45,236 nt of DNA from Candidatus Omnitrophota bacterium. GTDB taxonomy: Bacteria > Omnitrophota > Gorgyraeia > Tantalellales > Tantalellaceae. Under the pieces are notes generated by a model that was not told where the DNA came from, searched no databases, and worked only from the letters and a program-made list of their open reading frames with translations. The stretch spans positions 1-45,236 of the forward strand of contig JBDRBI010000087.1 of NCBI GenBank assembly GCA_043822885.1. Reading direction: 5' to 3'. This document shows positions 1 through 12,600 of this stretch, one piece after another (position 1 is the stretch's first letter; every line of letters starts with the position of its first letter). A program made the position numbers and the translations under genes.

Positions 1-680
1 TAGAATTATACGAAAAATCGCTGTGTCTTGCACCTATTATCTCAAAGTTAAAATTTTCAATGTTAAAACTTTCACCTTTGCTATTAATTCCGGTAAATTC
101 GACTGGTCCTAAAAATGGCACCGGAGCATCTTTCATATTCAACAAAGATAAAGCTGCGCCTATTGGTCCCATTTCGACTACTTTCATAAAATCAGTGATA
201 TCAAAAGCTGGTTCAGTTCCATACACATTTATTACCCTGCTTACGTTCTCATTCTGTATGACCTGTTCTCCGATGAAAGGACCTTCATAAACTATTAAAG
301 TGTCTACACCTATATCAAGATTCTGATCAAGAGCCTCTATTGATGGTCTAAAGTGCCCCGAGTGCATAAAATATGACACTTCCCCTTCCTGTTGTTCCGG
401 AGTTAAGGAATGCCAAAAATCATTTAACTTTGCTGACATTTCATTCGTTATACTATCATAATCATCTTTTACAGCATCCAGCGTCCAGCTAATACAATTG
501 TTATAGAGTCCAAGAAAATTATCCGTATCTTCATAAGAACTTATTCCAAAAGCACTTGTAGAATTTATAACTTCATCAGCTATTAAATCGCTAATAAATA
601 AGTTCATAATTGTGGGTAATTTTCCTTCGCTGTTATCATTTCCAAATCCTCCGCCGAATAGCATGATGGAGGTTATCGCC
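1..680 (-). other. Possible alpha/beta-hydrolase (lipase-like) C-terminal domain, truncated by the window edge
   Basis: The order of elements resembles an alpha/beta hydrolase: strand plus glycine loop SIMLFGGGFGND, a nucleophile-elbow-like VSYFMHSGHF, LIVYEGPFIGE, and a late His in IIGARHSDF. The elbow is not a canonical G-x-S-x-G. Confidence 0.25.
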
Positions 681-3600
681 TGTTCTAGCTGTTCTTGATC
701 CAATGTCGTAAAAACCTGTGCGGCTTCACTCGCCATATCCGCATTTTCTATAACGAAATTGATGTCTCCACTACTGCTTACTGACCATACTACACCATCT
801 TCTTCTATCTCTATCGTATTTCCTGTAAAGGTGTAATCTTCTAATATCCAATCTATAAAAGAATATTGTTGTCCATATATATGATCTATTATGTCCACAT
901 TTTGATAACCTGCATCCGGGGTATAATAAAAATACCCTCCATCCCGTGGGATAACGTTATAATAAATTTCTTCAGTCACGCTATCTTTGATCTCAGAATA
1001 CGTTAGGCGTCCATCTTCTATCAACATGTAGATCTCTAAAGATCCGTATTTTTCTGTGAAATACCCGTTTAGTAAGCCCATATTTCCCTGTGTATCCACA
1101 GCCAGATCTCCATATACTAATTTATCAGGGTCTTTGATACCAACAACATTTCCCTCAGCATCAAACAATACTATCGTTTCACTGCCTTCGACTTCAACCC
1201 CTTCAACTGTTTCACCATTATCCAAGGTAACACTATTAGTTTCGCCCTTACTATATTTCTCATTAAGATACTTTCCGATGCTCCCCTCGATCTTCACCAT
1301 TGAATTAACCGCGGTTGAGTTGAAGAAGCTTGTTGCGTATGTGTTTAGGGCTGTTTCGAGGCCTTGTTCTTGGATAATATCAGAGAAATTCATAATATTA
1401 GCCTCATATGCCGCTTGACCCCAATAATCGTCCGGTTTTATGTTCGCTCCGAGGAAGGTCAAAGCGTTATCTTTATATATCTCAAACATCTTCTCAAATA
1501 ATCCCGTTTCCCTTGTCTGAAAATCTGTACTAAGACTTGCTTCTATTGCTCCTGCTATAGCGCTAAATCCTATATTCGCCAACAATGGGTCTAGGTCAAG
1601 TTCATCCACCGCGTAATTAAAGGCAACACTGGTTACTCCTTGTGAAATACCCATCATCGCGCCGTCAAACCAAGTCGTGTTAACATTATTATCAAAAGTC
1701 GCGTTTAATGAACTCCTTATCCCAATCCCCACTAGGTAGGAGAGTTGGGGGGAGATGCCTAGGACTTGGGCCATTTCTTGGACTCCTATGTAGGCGGTCT
1801 CGGAGGCTATGTTTATGGTGATGTCTCTAAATAGGTCTTCTCCTTTATGCGTCTTGCCGTCTATTTCCATCAGGCCGCCTACTAACGCGCCTGCGGATAT
1901 GGCGGCTAGCTGTGTGATCCTGGGGTCGAGATCCGCGGCTTTGCCTATTTCTTGAACGCCGGCTATAGTGCCGGAACGAAGCATACTTGTTACTGCATCT
2001 ATATCCGGGTCAAGGGAACCTATTGTTAATCCTGTCAGAAGTGATGAAGCGATATTTGAAAGGGACGGGTCGAGGCCTATACTTGTGAAAATACTGTTGG
2101 TTCCTATATCTACCGCGGTACTTATCGCGTATGTTGTCACTGCCTGCCCCAGTTCGGCTCCTAAGATATTCGAGAAGACATTACCGATACCCGTAGAGAT
2201 GTTGCTTACAACCTCTCCTATTGATCCAAATATTGGGATAGCGTTGGTAAAAGCGCCTTTTATCGAGGCGAATATTCCGTCACCGATATTACTGAATATA
2301 CTGCCGCATGTTTCGGATATGACCGGCATTAAACTTGTCGCTAGAAATCCTCCCACGGCAAAGGCCATATCCAATAAAGAACCCGTGCGGGCAACAAAGG
2401 ATACTGTTTGTATTACCGCATTGAGGCCGAGTAGCGCTAAACCTATCGGCTGGCCTCCGGGTATAAATAAAAGTATAGTAGCTATGGGCGCGATGATTTT
2501 TTGGAAAAAGCTTACTATACCTTTCCAGAATTTTTCCCACCATCCGGCGCCTCGTATGTTCTTTTCCTGGGACGCGTTCAGGTATTTATAATTAGTATCG
2601 CTTTCGTTGACTATTCTGCTTTCTGAAAGGACATGACCTTTCCATTCTTCCATGAATTCCACACGGGATATGGTTATGTCCTGCCCGTCCCTCCCTACTG
2701 AAAGGTCTTTGTACGTTACCGTGCCATCTTCCTCGTTTATTTCTTTGAGGACGACATAATGTTTGCCGTTTATGTGTAGGATCACGTCTTTACCCGAAGC
2801 GTATTGAGCTTTTAATTCATCGAAATCTATCTTTTCGCTGTAAAGGGTAAGGCCGTTCTTTTCAGCGGTCCGCTTCATCGCGTACATCGAAATAACGAGA
2901 TCGCCTTCGGTGTTTTTATTTATGATACCCGTTAATATATCTATCTTTACGCAGGCTGAGCCTATTTCATCGAATGTCTTTGTTGTCTCTTTGTTCTTAA
3001 ATAGTTCTATGATGGTCTTAAAAGCGCTGTCCCCGAAATGAAGGCTCTGCCCGCTCAGCCAGGTAAGTATGCTGTTTATGTTTTCTTGATCAAGGCCGGA
3101 TGTTTTTACGTCGCCCGAGGTAAGGCCAAGCGAAGACAGCATTGTTTCTTTTTGGAAGTCATCCGACGCGAGATATTCATCAAAGAATGAGGTTACTTCC
3201 GCTATGATATTCTCTTTCCACATCTCTCTTTCGGCAAACTCATCAAGGCCTTTTATATACGCTATTATTTCATCCGGATCTATTGTCACGTGATCCTGTT
3301 TTGCTTTCTCAAGCCAATATTTAAGTTCCTCTTCCCCGGGATCACGGCCCAGAACGGATCTGTAGTAAGCATATGTTACGGGAGAGCTTTCTTTCTGAAC
3401 GATGTCACCCAAAATTACGTTATAATCGTTCTCTACGAGATCCAGCATCGCTTGTTCGGCGTCGCCGGCGATCTTTATCCTGGCTTCGGCCACTTGTTTT
3501 TCCAGATCCTCGTAAGCTTCTTTTTCTTGCGCATACAGATCGATCTCGTATTCATCAAGTTCTCTCAATACCCTGTCGAATTCCGACAGATCGTATACGC

Positions 3601-6600
3601 CGGGATCATACCGGTTCTTCTCTTTCTGCAGTCTTTGCCGTTCGGAATCTATCTGTGCCTGTATATCACGCACTTTTAACGCGATATTCTCTCCTGCCTC
3701 AAGTTCCGATCGTTCCAATTCCGCCAAGGCGGTGTCTTCATTGACCGCTATTTCATGGATCGCTCCTTGATAAGCTTCCTCGAGTTTTTCCCTGGCTTCG
3801 GTAAATTCGGTCTTAAGGAGGTTTTTGTTCTCATCGTATGTGTACTCCACTAAAAGCGTGCCGGTTTTGTCTTTTACGTGCGTTACGTACGCGCCGTCAA
3901 AATATGTCACGGAATGGTCCGCGGCGACGGTCTGTACCGGCATATCGCTGGCTTTATCGTATACCGTTATGATTTTTTGCGATCCGCTTAAAAGGTGAGA
4001 CGGAATTTCTTCAACGAGTTCGGCGAAGATATTTGTGTCCAGGGTAAGAGCGCTTAGATCAATAAGATCATCGTTGTTGTCGATATTCACGCCCAGAGCG
4101 TCATAAGTTACCGTATTTTTTCCCGTGGTCACTTTTATTAGGTCTACATTACCGATATCCTGACGGTCTTTTGGTTTACTTGCATAGGTAATGGTTATAT
4201 TATCCGCGGTATTTGTTATCAGCGTTGGGCTTACTGTGGGATCATTCGTCGAAAGTACCGCTTTATATTGTATGAACTTACCTTTGGCAGAAGTTATTTT
4301 TGAACCCGCGGGATCCGTTAACGGCCCGGACCACACGCTCCATGCGGAGTCCGGTTCCGGAGTATCTCCCGTACGGGTATAAAAGACTATATCCGTACCT
4401 TCCGGCAGGTTCTCACTCCATGCGAGGGTGCCGTACGCGCTAGCATTAGTCTCGATCGCCTCTGATACCAGTTCGCCTTCGATCTTTCTTTCGATCTTAC
4501 CGGTATAGAGTGTAGGGATATCGGGTAGATCGCCTTCAAGATAGACATAATCTATACGCACCCTGCCGTACCCTCCGTTACCGCCGTTCCCTCCCGGGGA
4601 TGCCCCTATTCCCCGCGCCCCTCCTTCGGCTGTAATATTCCCTTTCTCAGAGATCTCTATTTCCGCGCCCCTAAGCCATATCGTTCCCCCGGATCCTCCG
4701 CCACCGCCGCCGGACCCGTCACCATGCGCATTTTCTCCGGGTTCGCCGCTAGCGGAGATCTTACCGTTTATTATTATTTCAGGCGCCGAGATGTATATGA
4801 CGCCGCCGCCATTTCCTCCGTTCCCTCCGCTGGTATGCATCAGAGAATGGTCCCCTCCCGCGCCTCCGCCCGAACCCATATACATCTCGTCTAGTTCATC
4901 TTGACCATAAGTATAACCCGCATAGCCCTGCAAATTGTATCCTCTGTATTTTTCCGGCGACCCGTTTGTCCCTTTTGTGCCGTAACTACCTCCGCCGCCT
5001 CCGCCTCCGCTGGGCGCGTCAGGCTGATGGTTCTGCCCGTCATACGCTCCGCCTCCGCCGCCGAAATTTGGTGAAGAAGTTTCTCCCCCTATACCCGTAT
5101 ATGATTCTCCCGATCCGTTCGCTCCGTAATTTCGGCTGTTCGAGGGGTTATTTGCGCCTCCTCTGAATCCCTTACCCGCGGCTTCGATAATACCGTCTAT
5201 TTTTACTTGTCCCGTGCAGTTAAGGATCATTTCTCCGCCCGTTGCGCCGTCCCATCCGTATACGGATAGAACACCTCCTTCAGCTACGTATATACTTGAA
5301 TATTGTTTAACACCGTCTATAAAAATCGTTTCCCCGGAAGATACTATTAGGTCACCGTCGGAACCAGTCCCGTAATCAAACGGTGTCTCTAAAAACGCGC
5401 ATGTATCTTTTTTTATCAGCGTTTCGTCTTGAACTAAAAGGCCGTTCAAAGAAACTTCACTATAAGCTTCCTCAATAATATATTCGTACGTATTTATTCT
5501 GCCGTCATCTTGCGTGATAGATCTTACGAAGCCTAATTCGTCATATTCAAAACCGGTACCGCCGGATGTAAGTATTTTTTCTATGGCGCCGTTCCTTAAA
5601 GTGTATGTTTCCCCGGCGGAAGTATGATCGAATATTTCTACGCCGTCTTCATTTAAAATAATATTGTCGATAAAACCGCCCTCGGCGAATTGTATTTTCG
5701 CAATCTCTCCCTGCACGTAAGTCGTGACCGTGCCTTCCATATCTTCTATCTCTTTAAGTTCGGAGATCACGACATTATCCCTTAGATATACCAGGCGCTG
5801 CGTTTCATTAAGTATGCACCCGGCTATGTCGGATATTATTTTATTAAGTCTTGTGTAATTAAATACAAACGGTAACGCGTCTACGTTATTATCATAGACG
5901 GATATATCGCCGCCGGAGGAGGCTGTTATTGAGAAGATATTATCGATATCCGATGTATCCTGAGGCGTTCTTTTATAGGTTACATTTATGCCGTTTGTGC
6001 CGCCGAAAAATATCTTCGGCGAAATAAGTTTATTTGTCGTTGAGAGCACCGCTTTGTATTGGATATATTTATTTCCGGATGAAGTTATAGCCGAACCGGC
6101 AGGGTCCGTTAATGGACCGGACCACGCGCTCCATGCCTGGTCCGGCTCCGGGGTATCACCCGTACGTGTATAAAAGACTATATCTGTTCCTTCAGAGAGT
6201 TCTTCAGACCAGTAAAGCGCCTCATATGTATCGGCATCGGTTTCTATTATATCGGATATTAGTTCCCCTTGAAGGGTTACGTCTTTTTCGGCCGCGTATA
6301 ATGTGGGGATATCGGGAAGATCGCCCTCAAATTCAACATAATCTATACGCACTCTTCCGTATCCGCCTTCACCGCCGTCTCCTCCGGTCGATGAGCCGTT
6401 TCCTTGGGCTCCTCCTTTGACCATTATCGCGTTTGTACCGGTGATATTTATTTCTTTTCCCCTAAGCCATACTGTTCCGCCGGATCCACCTCCACCGCCT
6501 CCGGCTCCGTCGCCGCCGTTTGTTCCATTCCCGCCGTTGGCGGAGATCGTGCCGTTTATTATAATTTCAGGAGCCGCAATATATATCGCGCCTCCCCCCG

Positions 6601-9600
6601 CGCCGCCATTACCGCCGCTATTACGCATCAGGGAATGGTCCCCTCCCGCGCCGCCTCCCGAACCCAGATATAACTTGTCCGGCTCTTTTGCTCCGTAAGT
6701 ATCTCCGCTATATCCCTGCAAACCGCGTCCTCTGTAACGTTCGGGAGAGCCGTTCGCGCCTTCGGTTCCGTAACTTCCGCCGCCTCCTCCTCCGCCGCCG
6801 GGCGCGTCGGGCTGATAACTCTGCCCGTCACTTGCTCCGCCGCCTCCTCCGTAATTAGGCGTTGGTCCTTCGGATCCTAACCCCGTGTATGATTCGCCTG
6901 CCGGATTTGCTCCGTAATTCCGGCCGGTCGAAGGATTATTTACTCCTCCTCCATACCCCTTACCCGCGGCTTCTATAATGCCGTCTATCCTTACAAGCCC
7001 CGTGCAATTCAGTATTATCTCTCCGCCCTTTGTTCCATCCCATCCGTTCACGGATAAGATCCCTCCTTCAGCTACGTATATGCTTGAATACTCTTTAGCG
7101 CCGTCTATAAGAACTGTCTCTCCGGAAGATACTATTAGATCACCGTCGGAACCGGTGCCGTAATCGAACGGTTCTTCCAGAAAAACGGATGAGTCCTTTA
7201 TATCCACTCCATTAAAAGAAAAAGCGCCGGCAAGGTCTTTTCCAGAGATAAAATGCTCGTCTTCTATTACATATTCATATGTTTCGATAACACCTTGCGG
7301 GGATATAACGCTTTCCACAAAACCCGCGGCATCATATTTGGTCAGAGTGCCGTCTGAAGCGATCGTCTCTTTTATTTTCCCGGGTCCGACGATATAAGCC
7401 GTTCCTTCATGAACATATTTGAGATCTTGCGGAGTATTATCATCACTAAAAGTGATCTCTTTAACAATTATCCCGTCAGGCCGGGTAATTTCTATGATAT
7501 TACCCGCATTGTCATATTTCACTTCCGAGAGATCCGGCATAAGGATCTCCATAAAACCGGTGCCTTCGTTAACGTAAGTATATGTATATTTTCTTTTCTT
7601 TGGATCTATCAGATATATAAGTTTTTTGTTCTTGTCATATGCCTGCACATTCCCGTCTTCATCATGGACCAAGGTAAGGTCCGCTTCATAACTATAAGTG
7701 TAGAGATACAGCACGTCTTCATCCGCGTACATCTTGGTTTCCGAGAGCCTGCCTTCAGCGTCATAATCGTAGCCTATCGTTATTTCAGCGCCTGTAAGTT
7801 CCCGCACCTTTTTCAGCCTGCCCTCAAGGTACCAGCGATATTCATTTTTATTATGGTCGTTTATTTTTACCATCCCGTCTTCATAAAACCAATCGTATAC
7901 GGATCCGTCGTTTAAGGTCATCTGTTCTATTTTTCCGTCTGAGTATTCGACAATATCCCCTTTATTATTGATCGTCCGCAGAATTTCTCCGTCATTGTAG
8001 AGGGTCATACTTCCGTCCGGAGCTGATATGACCGCGTTCGAGATATCCCCCGACTCGGAGAAAGTTATTTCTCTTATTTTCGTGCCGTCGGATCTTTCTA
8101 TTTCCTTCAGACCGCCGTTCTCATATATAATGCTGGTCTCATCATCCAAATGAAGAGATTCCAGTTCGCCCATATTATTGTATATTCTTGTTATACCGGA
8201 ACGGGCGACTTCCACTTTTTGGAGGTTTCCGGTTTCATTGAACAGATAATCGTATTCCGTAGAGTTTGACCCGCCATATACGCTTCTTATAAGATCGTTC
8301 TCATAGATCGCGTTTTCACCCTTGGAGTTCAACACTTTTGTTATTCTTTTGTTTTCGCCGTAATAGACCTTAAAAGGTATGTTTTCATCTACCTCAAGAC
8401 CCTCTTGGCTAACAAGTTCGGATATGGTCATATCTTGGTCTTTTTTAAGTTCGTATCTGTACTCTTCTCCGTCGGCGCTGATAAACCGTTTTAAATATCC
8501 GTTCTCGAATTCTGTAATACTCTTGTCCGCTTTAATGAATTTTATCGGTGTTCCATATTGATCGTATGTGCAGACCGTTTCTCCGTTCGTTATCCTGATA
8601 AATAAAATATTTCCGAATAGATCCCGTATATATTCAAAGACCGTGATACCTGAAGCTCTATGATATTCCGATACTAAAGATCCCTCTCTGAACCTCTTTA
8701 CGGTCCCGTCCGCGAGTATTATCTGTAACATTTTCCCGTTATATATAACGCCTAACGCGCCGTCAGGATATTTCATTACAGCGTTCTTTATCCCGCCGGA
8801 CCCATCCGGCTCTATATCGCTCAATACGATATCGGTCCCGGCCAGTGTGATCCCGGAGATGGCGCCGTCCTGATAATATATTTTGTCTCCCCGGCTGTTG
8901 GTAACCGATATTCCTGAAGTGTCATATTTTATACCGTGCCCTATCAGAGCCGGATCGTATGAATACAGTAAAACGCCGTCAGCGGACGTGATCTCTATAC
9001 ATCCATCCGTCAGATATTTATAAATTTCGATCATGTTCTCATTATCATCATACAGATATTCCGCATAGACTTCATCCGGGGTTATATGCCATAAAAGGAG
9101 ACCTTTATCGTCATATTCTATCCAGTTCCCGTAAGGATCGCGTACGGATCTCTTCTCACCGTTATTATGATATGTATAGGTCGTGCCCTGAAGATGATCG
9201 GTCTTGTTTAAAAGAATGCCGCCCGCGTCATATTCATATGTTGCTTCCGGAACATTACCAGCGCTGTATTCCTTTATGTGCCGCGCTTGGGAAGTTCCCG
9301 CATAGTAATTCTCAAATATTTTATATTTTCCTCCGGGGTCGGTTTCTTTTAAAAGGGTTCCTTCTTCGGTATCACTGTATTCATAGACCGTGCCATCGGA
9401 TAACGTTTTCAGATGAAGTCTTCCGCTATCAGAATATGTATAAGACGCGCCTTCAAACCATGTATCAACAACATCTTGCTCAAAGGATAGATGGTTCTCA
9501 AAATCATCGTAATGATAATATTTGTTTATTTCCGACCCCGTATTCGGAACATAGTTCTTTATAAGCTTATCTTGCGGACCGTATTTGTATATTTCTCCGT

Positions 9601-12600
9601 TGGCGTATACCCGGATCTTGCCTGTGTATTCACCGTTTTCGGTATATGTATAAGATGTGAAAAGGCCGTTACTATCCAAGCTCGTATTTAGAATATAGCT
9701 TTCTCCCAGATATTGATATGAACGTAAGCTTCCATCCGGTTTCTCGTGTATATAGATATTATCCGGAGTTATTTTCACTGTTCCTATTTTTTCAAGTGTA
9801 TCTTTTATATTATTTTTTATGTCTGAGACTTCAATGGATTCGGACGGGCCGGGGATATTTAACACAATAGGTATGGTCTTTGCTTTTTCTAAGACCGTAT
9901 ACGTACCAGTCAGATCCGATGATATATCGGAGCTTATATCCGAATATTTTAAAAGATCCGGGTCGTCCGAGTTTTTAGGTAAAAGATCCGCATTATCCGA
10001 TGAGATAACAAAATCTTGCGTTCTCATTTCGGCGGGAATATCGTTGTCTAATAAAAGGCCCGCCTTGGTATTATACTCGTATACTTCAAGGTTATCATAT
10101 ACTTCGGTCTTTATATTACCGCCGTATATGTTCGCGTAGACCCTGGGTGCCCAGTTCGCGTCCTCCAGTACATATATAGGTTCGCCCGGGGATAAACCTT
10201 TCTCATAACAATATATTCTAATCTCATTATTCTCCAACACGCATTCTATTATATAGCTTTTACCCGGCGCCAATTCTATATCCAGCGGCTTCTTTTCACT
10301 TGTGTTCTTACCCGTCGTGTAATCATAGGTGTCATACACCATCTCCATCTTTCCGCCATAATACCTGGTGTACAGGGATTCGTATTTAGTGTTAGAAGTA
10401 TTACCTATCGTGTAATAGAGATTTTTCGCGGTGTTATTGTTATCAAAATTGAATTCTGTCCTGTAAATAGGGTCTTTTTTTAAGGGACACGCGTAATCTG
10501 TGGATATTGACTGTATATCCCTGAAACTTGTGATCGCGGGTTCCGACAATGCAACGTTCGCGTTAGAACCGCTCACTGAAAATTTCGGGTCCCATTCAGC
10601 GTCATGTATAACATAAATAGGCTCATCCGGACGGGCATCCACCGTTTTATATAGATATATCTCGACATCTTGATCTTTCCATATGTATTCTAATTTATAT
10701 TCTTTTCCTTTATCGATGGTGATATCGAGGTACCGGCTATCATATTCGCTTTCTCCCGTAGATTGATCATAGTTGTAATAAGCTAAATAAGGATTTTTAT
10801 CGGATATGCTCAGTGATACGCCGACATTTTTATCGCCGCCGTTATAATACTCCGCGCCGGCGTAAAAACTGGCATATGTTTTATCCGGATCCAGGAGGAA
10901 TGTCGTTTCCAGAGATGGATTTGACGCGGGCTCTATAAATGTAGTCCCGTAAAAACCCTGATAAAGATTGGTCGCGTCATATAAGCGCCGTTTATATATT
11001 CTAAGATTGTCCTCATCCGTTATTTCATACGCGTAATGCGCGATATCGCCGTCCGGAAAAACCGCTTTTTCTATTCTTTCTTCGAAAAGTCCGCTCTCAT
11101 AAAAAGAAAGTACCGTCCCTTCGGGAAAATTCGGATATATGGAATCTACATTTCCTTCTTCGCCGTATTCGTATAAAGTGATCTCTCCGCCCAGCCTCTC
11201 TTCTTTTATAAGCCGGTCATCAGAGTTATATACCTTTATAGTCCCTTCAGGCAGAGTTATTATTTTATATAAAAGTCCTCCGGAAGGGTCGTGCTCATAT
11301 ATGATAGTTTCGTCACCGTCATTTCTGCCGCATTTAAGCACATCTCCGGTTACTTTACCATATTCATAATATTCCAAATTATCCCAGGCATTCACAATTA
11401 CATCCCCGCCGGATACGCCGGTGTAAATTTGGGGCTGCATATGTATATTCTCGAACGCATATATAGGAGAGGTTCTTTCTTTACCTTTTTCGTAGAGATA
11501 TACGGTTACGGTATCATCTTCATTTATCATCTCCATAACATATGGAGTATCCTCCTCTATATTCATCTCAAACGGTATGTCTCGAATTTCGGCCTTGCCG
11601 TCATTATCATAAGAATATAATTCCACGGAACTGGTGCCGTTATCGTAGCTGAAGCTCAGAGCATACGATATTTCCTTCGTTCCCCCGGTTAATCTGGAAT
11701 AAAACACTTTATTTTGAGCCACGCTATCTAAATAAAATTCCGCTTCATATATGGCGGACCCATGCAATGTGTCCTGAAAGCTTCCGCAAACACTTTTATT
11801 TGCCATATATGTCCCGGAAGATGCCTCATCGACCTTAACTTCGGCATTATTCCCCGAAGAAAAGAATTTGGGGTCCCATTCATTATCTTCTATCACAAAG
11901 GTCGCTACGTCAGGCCTTTCTAAAGAAGCCTCATATATGTATATCCCCACATTTTCATCCGTCCATATATATTCTGTGACATAATCCGCGCCGCTCTTTA
12001 TTGCTATATCTATCTTCTCGCTTTTCTGATCGTAAACATCCGTGACATAATTATAGTTGCAATATTTGATCGTCGAGAGATCGTCATTGAGAGATATAGA
12101 TATATCTATATATTTTTCACCTCTTTTGTAATAAGACGCTCCATTTGCGGCAAACGCTTCTTTATCATCATTAGCGTCAAGATTATATATTGTTTTAAGA
12201 TAAGGGGTCTCTTCTCTGTCTATATTTTCTGATCCGTAATATCTCTGATAAACCCTATAACCATCGTATATCTCTCTTTTAATCACCTTTAAAGCGCCTT
12301 CTTGTGTAAGATCATAATCATACCGGTCATAAGTCCCCTCAAGGTTCGAGTAACTTCTCAATCTTCCTTTGGCGTCCAATTCTTTTATCGTACCGTCTAG
12401 TTGAGTAAGCACGGTCTTAATATGTTCCCGATCTTCGGCATAGATATAATCATATACATTATCGCCTCTATAGCATTTAATAAGATCCCAATATTCGTTA
12501 TATATATATTTTCTGTCGGCGGTTTCTATGATCACCTTCCCGCCGGCGGTATCCTTGGAATATTTGATCCTTTCTGCGGCAGAGCCGGGCCGTATGATGA

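Noticed and set aside
6404-6698. Proline-rich plus-strand ORFs (e.g. PPDPPPPPPAPSPPFVPFPP) that look like extensin or proline-rich proteins, plus similar ones at 4966-5166 and 6978-7163.
   Set aside because: They are the reverse complement of GGN glycine codon runs in the glycine-rich modules of the giant protein (CCN reads as Pro), so they are an antisense artefact.
4500-7180. The glycine-rich regions might be collagen-like triple-helix repeats.
   Set aside because: Glycines occur in runs (GGGGGGG, GGNGG) separated by beta-strand-like segments. There is no sustained G-X-Y triplet periodicity.
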